Source of the DNA: Octopus vulgaris
Lineage: Eukaryota
Direction: 5' to 3'
Assembly: GCA_951406725.2 (NCBI GenBank)
Contig: OX597821.1
Coordinates: 12,276,001-12,340,000 of the forward strand
Length of the DNA stretch: 64,000 bases
Shown: one piece after another, positions 52,415-64,000 of the stretch
Layout: each line of letters begins with the position of its first letter
Numbering within the stretch: the stretch's first letter is position 1
The notes under the pieces: model-generated
Told to the model about the DNA's origin: nothing
Seen by the model: the letters and a program-made list of their open reading frames with translations, nothing else
Database searches by the model: none
Translations under genes and position numbers: made by a program

Positions 52415-52494
52415 ATATATATTTATATGTATGTATATATATATATATATATATATATTTATGTATGTATATATATACACATATATATACATAT

Positions 52495-52557
<63 letters not shown>

Positions 52558-53357
52558 TATGCCTCTATATGTGTTTCGGCATTTAAATATATACAAATCT
52601 TACACGAACAGAAAGTAGAGAAATGCTGACACACATACCTACTCACTCACTCGCTCACAGACGTATATAATATATACCTACCAATATGCACGCATGTATA
52701 AGTGTGTAAGGATGTTTGTGCGTGTGTCTGTAAAGAAAATGGGGAATACAAGTAAACAAAAAAATGGTAGATCAATCTGAATTAAAGTAATATAACGGGA
52801 GCAGGAAAAAGACGGAAATAAGAGAGAGAAAAAGAGAGAAAGAAAAAAAAAGAGCTAAATATATTTAGTTATTTCGCTCCTATTCTCCCACTGTTCGCTT
52901 CACATTCTTCAATCGTTCTCAACCATCAGCGAAAATTGCACCTGTATTAGTTTTGCAGGTTGTGTAAAGTATTGTAGCGAGGTTTAGAGTGGTGCTGAGG
53001 CAAAGCGGTGCTGTGGTTGTGAATGAATGGATAGAGTGAGTGCAGCACCAAGGGATAGAGAGAGAGAGATGGAGAGAGATAGGGAGTGAGAGGGAGAGAG
53101 AAAGTGATGGCTTGATAGCGGACCTATTAAAAATAAGCTGACTGTTAAAGAGCTTCTTTTTTTATTTCTTTTTTGCTCCACTTTGAAGTTCAACAGTGTT
53201 TGCATGCGGTAAAATTACCTTGTCAATGTTTAATAGGAAGAGATGAAGCGGAGGTTACGATCCTCTGCTCAACAAGAGGAAGGCGAGTATTTAAAAGTCG
53301 GATGATGGAATAATGCCACTACTTTATTTAGTTATATATTATTTATCATTGTTTTTG

Positions 53358-53815
<458 letters not shown>

Positions 53816-53979
53816 TGGGTTTGTGTTAGATTGCTTTGATGTTTAGGCGCACAGATACAGAAATCACATACTAAGACACATACTTACAAAAGACACACAG
53901 CAGTACACACACAACTACGCACCAGCACACGCGAAGACACTTTGATATATAGCATCACACATCCACATAGAAAATACAC

Positions 53980-54026
<47 letters not shown>

Positions 54027-54349
54027 TCACATAGACACACACACAAACAAAAGTATATATTTATATATGTGTGCGTGTGAGTATATGTGTGTTCATAAGT
54101 TTCAACATGTTCATCTTTCATCCTCCTCCTCCATTTCCCCTTTCTGTGTGTGTATGTGTGTGTGTGTGTGGGTATGTGTGTATGGGCATGCCAGTTAGTA
54201 GTTCGCAGAATTGTTTTTCTTTTACGATCAGGTATTTTTTCAATATATATACATACATGCATGTTTGCAGGTCTGCGTGTATGCGTATGTTTAGAGAAAG
54301 TATGTTAATAGTTTAATATTATATATTATAAATAATACATATGATACAT

Positions 54350-55007
<658 letters not shown>

Positions 55008-55587
55008 GCGTAACTATAGTTATATGTATATATGCTGTGTACTTAGGCGGGTATACACACTCATAAATCTCAGTCCATTGGACACAAATGCAAAAAATCG
55101 CCATTAACACTTAGAGGAAAACTAATTTTCAGTGCAGCACAGGTCTTTGCCACGTTGTCAATGGCTGTATAACTATATAACAGTTCAATTTAGTATTGAC
55201 CCCTTCTTGCATTTTTCGAAGAAATTTGGGCTATTATGCTGCTGAATGTGTATCCAGCTCTTGATTATTTTATATATTTTTTCTTTTTTTTTTTTGCTAC
55301 CGTTGTACATGTCATTCCAAGCCTTGTTGCGGTCGTTTTTACTCTTGCTACCACTCATTGCTGTATATTAAAATATTTCGTGGTTCCTGCAATAACATTA
55401 CTATCATCAGCTAGTTTTTTTTGCTTTTTTTTGTTGCATTTTATACCACTGCTGTTGCATTCTTTGTTGTTGATGTTACTGTTATTGCTGGAGTTTTTGT
55501 TGTATTGCTTTATGCTTTTATAATTTTTTTATATTCTAGTATTACTTCTGTTGATCTTGTTGTTGTTGACGCTGTTATCACAGTTTT

Positions 55588-56410
<823 letters not shown>

Positions 56411-56439
56411 TTTGCTATTTATGTTATTCTTACCGATCT

Positions 56440-57552
56440 CATCATCATCATCATCATCTTCATTACAATCATCATCATCAGCAGCATCAGCATCATTCTC
56501 GTCAGCATCATCACCACCACCATCATCATCATCATCGTCGTCGTCGTTCCTCTGCTTCTGCTCCTCCCCATCCACCTATATTCCCCCTCCACTTCCTCCT
56601 CTTCCTCATCATCTTCACCATCAGCGCCATCATCATCACCGTTGTCCGCCTCCTCCTGCTACTCCATATTCTTTTCTCCTCCTCCTCTTATCATCATCAT
56701 CATCATCGTCATCATTTTCATTATCATCATTATCATCATCACCATAGCTATCACCATGGTAGTGACGGTTTTCATTAAGATGACGATGATAACGACGACG
56801 ACGACGATGGTATAGCTGATGCTGATTATGATTATGATGATGATCAGGATCATGATGACGGTAATGATGATGAGGAGGATGAGGACGAGAATGGTGATTA
56901 TGCTGATGTTCGTGACGATGACGATTATTATGATGATGCTTTATTCTTAGTGTTGGTCACATTGTTGCTGATGTTATTATTGCCCTTGTTTGATGTTGTT
57001 ATTGTTGTTCTCGGTGGTGGAAATGATAGTCCTGCTGCTGCAGCGGAATATATTGCGCCGCTGCCGCTGCTGCTGTTGCTGCTGTTTATGTTGTTACTGC
57101 GGCAGTTGTTTTCCCGGCTTCTCTCTTTTTGTTTTTTATTTGTTTTTATTTTTGCTTCCGATGTTATTATTGTTGTTGTTGCTGTGCTTCCCTGCCTATG
57201 GTTATCGTTGATGTTGTAACTGAAGTGCAACATGTAAATATTTGTCAAAAAATATTCGAGGACAGTCTCTCCAGCCGTGGCAGTCGCTTAATATTTTTTT
57301 CCTGTTGAGGAATATTGTACCCTAAACTGCATTATGCATTATATCCATCTGTTCATTTTCAAGAAAATAGTAGGGTGTACCTGGAGGGAGGTTTACCTAC
57401 GATTTCTAGGAATACGATACAGATTACAAAGTAGGTCATTGTTGCAATATTTGTTGGCCTTTTCATCATCATCGTTGTCACCATTATCATCGACGTCGTC
57501 GTCATCATCATCAACATCAACATCATCATCATCATCATCGTCGTCGTCGTCG

Positions 57553-57590
<38 letters not shown>

Positions 57591-57603
57591 GTCGTCGTCG
57601 TCG

Positions 57604-57638
<35 letters not shown>

Positions 57639-57652
57639 GTCGTCGTCGTCGT

Positions 57653-57683
<31 letters not shown>

Positions 57684-58110
57684 GTCGTCGTCGTCGTCAT
57701 CGTCGTCATCGTCGTCATCATCATCATCATCATCCTTGTCGTCGTTGTCGTCGTCGTCGTTGTTATCGACCTCGTCATCATTATCATCATCATCATAATC
57801 ATAAGCGTCGTCGTGGTTATCATCATCATTGTCATCGTGGTCGTCATCATCATCATCATCATCATTATTAGCATCATCATTGTCATCATCGTCGTCGTCG
57901 TTGTCGTTGTCGTCGTCGCTTTCCCCTCCTCCTCCTCCTCTCTTTCGCGCTCGTTTTGCTGCTCCTCTTTCCTTCACCTTGGCTACCTCCATGATAATGA
58001 TGGTTTTAATTAAGACGTCGATGATCAACTTGATGACGACGACCACGACCACGATGGCGATGATGAGGAAGATAAGGATGATGCTTTGCTTTCTGGCCTG
58101 CTGCTGATGA
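56440..58110. repeat. Degenerate trinucleotide region (CAT/GAT/GTC/GTT/CCT)
   Basis: Direct reading. Confidence 0.85.
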
Positions 58111-58916
58111 ATATGATTATTGATGATCTAATGTTCTTGTATGCAGTCTACTTGGTATTCCTGTTTGGTGTAGATATGACGCTGTTGTCTTAGGGGTATC
58201 GTTGTTGTTGTTGCTGAGGGCTGCCGTAGGTGATGGCAATGCTTATGATGTTGCTATTAAATGTAGTGGTGATGAGTATAGACCTGTTCGATAACGTGAT
58301 CAGTGTACCGGATATGCCTCTAGTTTATGATGATGATGGACCGATGCGATACAGGTAGAAATTTTCGGTGATGGTAATTAGTTAAGTGGTTTGATGATGG
58401 ATACACACTATGTAAAAGTGATGTCTTTAAATGGTAACAGTAGTAGCCCTGTTCTGGAGAAGGATGCGACCATAATGGATGTAGATATATAGACTCGCTT
58501 ATTGTGGTTGCAATGGCGGTAGCGATCAAATTAACTTCCTGTGGCAATTAATTTCGTTGTTTGCGTTATTCCTCTTAGTAAAGATGAGCGTGATATTGTC
58601 GCTGACGAAATAAAAGTTTCGATGTTGTTATTGAGGTTCAGTGGCCATAATAGTTTTGATGGTAACCTTTATGATACTTGCCGGTTTTATTGTTAATATG
58701 GTAACACATAGCGTTGGTAATAACTCCTTTGAATCTGCAATAAATGTATCACTGGATTATGTGACAGCAGCACCAATTTGGTATTTTTTGTTTTGTTTTG
58801 TTGTACAGGTGGTAGGAGGATATAGTAGCACATAGGTAGTAATTTATACGGTTTCTCGAGGAAATATTCCGTTTTTATAAACACGTACAGGATGCAGTTA
58901 TGTACAGATATTTACT

Positions 58917-59025
<109 letters not shown>

Positions 59026-59102
59026 GCATGTATGTATGTATGTATATGTATGCATGTATGTATGTATGTCTTAGTGTGTGTATAAATATACACATATATA
59101 TG

Positions 59103-59143
<41 letters not shown>

Positions 59144-59148
59144 ATATA

Positions 59149-59192
<44 letters not shown>

Positions 59193-59417
59193 TAGATAGA
59201 TAGATATAAATGCATGCATGCGCATGTGTGAGTGTACAGACCTGCATACTCGCAGCGTGCGCGCACACTTACACACACACGCACGCATGCACACACATAC
59301 TCACACACATACTCACACTCACATACGGGTACACTTTGGCACATTTTACACGCACATATATAAACATATGCATAGATAAATTCATATAGTCTTGTTTGTG
59401 CATATGCAAGAAGAGAA

Positions 59418-59640
59418 CGTGCCTGACTTAGTAGTAGGGTATTGGTCTCATGATCATAGTGTAATGATTTCGATTCCTGGACTAGGAAGCGCGTCGTATT
59501 CTTGGGCAAAGGATTTTGTTTCACATCTCTGCATTTACTCTTCTGACCAGAAACCCTTAAGCTGACCTTTCCTAATGCACACAAAGTAATAGAGAGTTCT
59601 ACCCTGCAGCCTCTGTTTGATTTCCCCATATTTCCACTCG
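59418..59640 (+). mobile_element. Old tRNA-derived SINE (family C-like)
   Basis: tgacttagtagtagggtattggtctcatgatc..ttcgattcctgg..ttgggcaaa..tttcac. Confidence 0.5.
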
Positions 59641-60039
59641 CTTAATACAATACATTTTTGGAGAGCTTTGGAATATATGAGGACCAAGATGTGTATGTGA
59701 CAACACACCTTTATGGTTAACTTCTCGGCCCATTTGTTCTCGCTGTGTTGCAAAGGTGACGAGCATTTCCATTTGCAGTTTATCATAGGTTACAGGCGAG
59801 AAAATGTAACCTGATAAAAGTGTTTGCGTTTATTAGCGGCAAATAAATTGACTGATGATCACTTGCGTTATATTATATACACTTGTTTCTCTGATCGAGA
59901 CCACACAGCCGTGTATTTTTATATATCTGGGATAATATTCTATATATGTTTTGAAAGAGTGTCGATCTATTGAAAAGAAATGACATTCATCCTTCTGACA
60001 GTTATATATATATATGTGATACACCACCAGCTCAAATAT

Positions 60040-60209
60040 TTTCTCCTCTGTCTTCCTCCTAGGCTCTTCCTTCTCCTTGTTTCCGACGAAAGCTCCGCTC
60101 AACGTTAAACCTCCTTCCCTCTTTCTGAGCGTCAATAATACTTTAATTGTTCCACGTCCTCGTTGCTGTGTTTTTTCTCTTTTTTTCTTTTTTCTGTGTT
60201 TTCTGTTTG

Positions 60210-60295
<86 letters not shown>

Positions 60296-60490
60296 ATACA
60301 TACAGAATTAAACATATAAACTCATCCTTGTTTCTCTCGTTTTTTTTTTCTGTGTCCCTTTCTTGTTGAAGACCGTAGGCTAGAAACGTAAAAGACTTTT
60401 TTCTATTCCTTAGCGTTATACTAATACATATGTTTGTTTTGTACATCACCTGTCTTCGTCTTTTGTTGGGTTTTTTCGTAAATTCTCCGT
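60040..60490 (+). mobile_element. Two tandem HHR-family PLE-terminus-like units separated by (TA)n
   Basis: Unit 1 matches 38495-38705 (HHR remnant 60079-60110). Unit 2 is diverged (gaagaccgtaggctagaaacgtaaaaga..ttccttagcgt..ctaatac). Confidence 0.55.
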
Positions 60491-62052
60491 ATATATATAT
60501 ATATATTTATATGTATAAATGTATGTATGTATATATTTTCCAATAAAGTAGTTTTTAGCTATTAATAGCGAGATACCATGTACATGTTCTCTCTGCAATC
60601 TTTCCTTGCAGTGATCTTTCCTCACGGTGAAATTTCTTCACATTCAGTTGATGGTGGTGAACTTACCTGTAATCCTACCAATTATATTATCAATGCGGCC
60701 TTTGTAAATAAATTCATTTATTAAATTTTTTTACATTTTACAGAAATGATATATGTGCCAATATTAGATTACCTATGTATGTAAGTTTACATGTGCCGAT
60801 GTCCATGTAAGATTTCATGAATTTGTTTTTATTTTGTATGAGTTTATATGTTTAATTCTGCTGGTGCGTTTACTCTCTTAATAAGTGCGTCATTTTCTTT
60901 AAGAAATATATAATTTGAGGGAGAATAGTCTCTTATATCAAGCGGTTTACATGTATGACTGACATATTCGTGACAGGCTATTACTTTTCCAAGGTATTTT
61001 CCTTTATAGGGATGTAGATTCATACGTCTGTAATTGCATTCAGAGCAATTTGTTCCATCGTCTTATTCTTGTGTTATTGGAGACATTGGGAATGAATGCT
61101 AATGTGAAATAGATTCACATGTACGTTCAAGAAAGACTTGTTAATATAAGAAAGTAAACCTCCCACCAGGTTTGACTTCACACTAATGTTCCGTAGCTGC
61201 TGCTATCGGAATGTTTATCTTCTTCGTGTTATTACGTTGACATGTTCGAAACAGAGCTGTCAACGATTCATAACCACATTTAACATATTCGGCTTCAGTG
61301 TACACATACTATCAATCTAATTGTATTTTAAGCATTGAAACGGAACATACAGGTATGTTTATATATTTTATGTTTGTATCTATATGTCTATAACAATTGT
61401 CTTTCTATATTATCGTCAAAATGGATGAAACAGCTCACTTTAGTGCCAATGTCGCGAAGAGAAAATTTAATCTTAAAATCCGATAACCTTTACATTATTA
61501 CTTTCGTTTGTCGTTTGGAAAATCAATTCTTCTCTAAATCGTTCAGAGAATACCGAGAATTCTTTGCTTCTGAGTGAGAATCAACAGAAGCCATTTATAA
61601 GAAACTATAGAAATCTTTGTTATCAGACGTTGCAGTTATAACACTTGTTTTCCGTTCAATAAGAGCTGCCAAAAATCGATCCTTGATCGAAATAAATAGC
61701 AATATGCAAGAAATATCGATTTGGGACCATAAAAGAGTATTTTCAGCATACAAGGAAATAAAACTGGGAAAAACTGCGGTACCTGGGTGCACTTAATTTT
61801 TGCTATGAAATAAATGTGTGCGTTGGAGAAATATGCAGAGACAAAAATTTTCTTGGACTTTTGTGGTAGATCAGCATCTCTGTCAATATTGAAGATGTTA
61901 TTTATCTTTTTCCATGAGATGATATTTCATTTTATATTTCGATATGGACATTTTAATTTCCTTTCAGGTGCGTGTTTCGTGTTATCTTTTGAACTGTAAA
62001 TGTTGTTCAGCAACTTTTAGATTGTCACACTCATACAAACAATGACACACAC

Positions 62053-62125
<73 letters not shown>

Positions 62126-62800
62126 GACAGACAGACAGACACACACACACACAAGCATAAACTCCCTTATGAGAGAGAGCATGTATATTTTTCTGATTAG
62201 CGGCTGAATTGCAGCAGTCTAAGATAAATAAATACCACTCAATAACATCCCTTTGAACATCCATCTACCCAACCTTCCATTTTCCAGCCCTTTATTTCTG
62301 GGAAAGTCGAAGGATTATAGTCCCCAATGTCCTCCAAGAAACAACCATTATTAGGATTTCAAAATAGATTTCCAAGCACGGCCAAATGAGACGATGGCTG
62401 GTATCAAACTACCTCGTGTTTGGTCTAACCCTAGATTCCTGAATGGTTGGCTTGGTTTGAAAAATTTGTGATAAGATATTTTTTGTGACATTTTGATCAC
62501 ATATCCGTAGCACTGGATCTGTGACCCCTCGATATGAAATAGGGTTTTTCGAGCTGGAAAGACTCCTTTATCTCCGAGTTATGTACACATCGGAGTAATG
62601 TTACTCAAGGATCCTCACGAGAAACATCATGCGACTGATTGTATTCGAGATCGTTTTAATTCCGTCAAGACCATTGGTGTGGACAGGCATGTAAACTGAA
62701 ATGAAGATAGTGAGTTTGGCTCTTTTAGCAACCTCTCCTCTCTTGAGACTCGAACGATATCTTGAAGCCGACGCTTTATCATATGTATGTATATGTGTGT

Positions 62801-63187
62801 GTGCAGGAGTGGCTGTGTGGTAAGTAGCTTGCTAACCAACCACATGGTTCCGGGTTCAGTCCCACTGCGTGGCATCTTGGGCAAGTGTCTTCTGCTATAG
62901 CCCCGGGCCGACCAATGCCTTGTGAGTGGATTTGGTAGACGAAAACTGAAAGAAAGAAGCCTGTCGTATATATGTATATATATGTGTTATTGTGTGTGTT
63001 TGTATGTCTGTGTTTGTCCCCCTAGCATTGCTTGACAACCGATGCTGGTGTGTTTACGTCCCGTCATTAGCGGTTCGGCAAAAAAGACGGATAGAATAAG
63101 TACTGGGCTTACAGAGAATAAGTCCTGGCGTCGATTTGCTCGACTAAAGGCGGTGCTCCAGCATGGCCGCAGTCAAATCACTGAAAT
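62801..63187 (+). mobile_element. Young tRNA-derived SINE (family A)
   Basis: Near-identical to 19995-20413. Confidence 0.9.
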
Positions 63188-63267
63188 ATGTATGTATGTA
63201 TGTGTCTTGTATGTGTGTGCGTGCATGTAGTATGTATGCATGTATGATTTTATGTATGAATATTTAT

Positions 63268-63345
63268 GTGGAGGTGTGTGGCTTAGTTTTTAATGTGTTG
63301 AGTTCGTGACCGTAAGATTGTGATTTCGATTCCTGGAGTGACGAC
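63268..63345 (+). mobile_element. SINE tRNA-like head fragment
   Basis: ggaggtgtgtggcttagt..gaccgtaagattgtgatttcgattcctgga. Confidence 0.5.
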
Positions 63346-64000
63346 ACATTTCGCTAAACAGTTCGTTTCAGTTTGCCGTGTTTCAGTAAGCTTGGAATAA
63401 TGATGAACTATACAATGGTTACACATCGACATTTCTAGCATATTGCTATTTATTTCCATCAAGGATCGATTTTCGGAAGCTCTTACTGAACAGAAACACG
63501 TGCTATAACTGCTACGTCTGACAACAAAGATTTCCATAGTTTCTTATAAATGGCTTCTGATAATTCTCACTCAGAAACAAAGAAAACTAGGAGTTTATAT
63601 GACTCGGGAAAAATCTTTCTCCTTGTTTATGTATATGCATACGTGGTTGCATTGTTGCTAGGTGTATTATCATCCGTTGTATCACTGAGCACTTGACATA
63701 GACACGTTTAGCAAATTTTATCATCGAAAATCTTGGTGCACGCCAGAAGATATATCACAAGAGACCCTTTCACAGGTTCATTTAAATGACAGAAGAAATG
63801 AACACGAAACAAGTTATTATTGCAGTGAAAACAAATTGATGCACTATGTTTTGAAGTTTCGACGTATTTGGAGCAGAAAAGAAATTATTTTTACGTAATT
63901 AAAGGAGGTAAATATTGGAAATCTATAATATCAGGGTTTGTATCTAAAATATTCCGATAAAAGCAGATACAATATCAAGTTCAAATAAAGCAAATGGTCG

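Overview
AT-rich, microsatellite-dense animal DNA with no recognisable host protein-coding exon, so probably intergenic or intronic. The repeat repertoire looks like a cephalopod such as Octopus (inference). The window is a mosaic of mobile elements: a near-full-length CR1/L2-group LINE with a multi-CCCH zinc-finger ORF1 (~3.4-7.9 kb); an R4/Dong-type RLE LINE inside a (TAA)n tract (8.2-12.0 kb); two RTE 3' remnants; three mariner copies, two with both TIRs and TA TSDs; a maT-like Tc1/mariner remnant; a Mutator-like element with a 9-bp TSD; a non-autonomous Helitron; Tc1- and piggyBac-type MITEs; and many tRNA-derived SINEs. The most interesting layer is a set of short, mostly (TA)n-adjacent elements resembling Penelope-like-element (PLE) termini. 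Several carry minimal hammerhead-ribozyme (HHR) motifs, and one of these lies downstream of a tRNA-like Pol III head. Three form head-to-head foldbacks with 39-48 bp spacers. One family (39.4-41.1 kb) has all the hammerhead core strands in a non-canonical, pseudoknotted order, supported by compensatory base changes between diverged copies. All folds and alignments were done by eye and need computational and biochemical confirmation.
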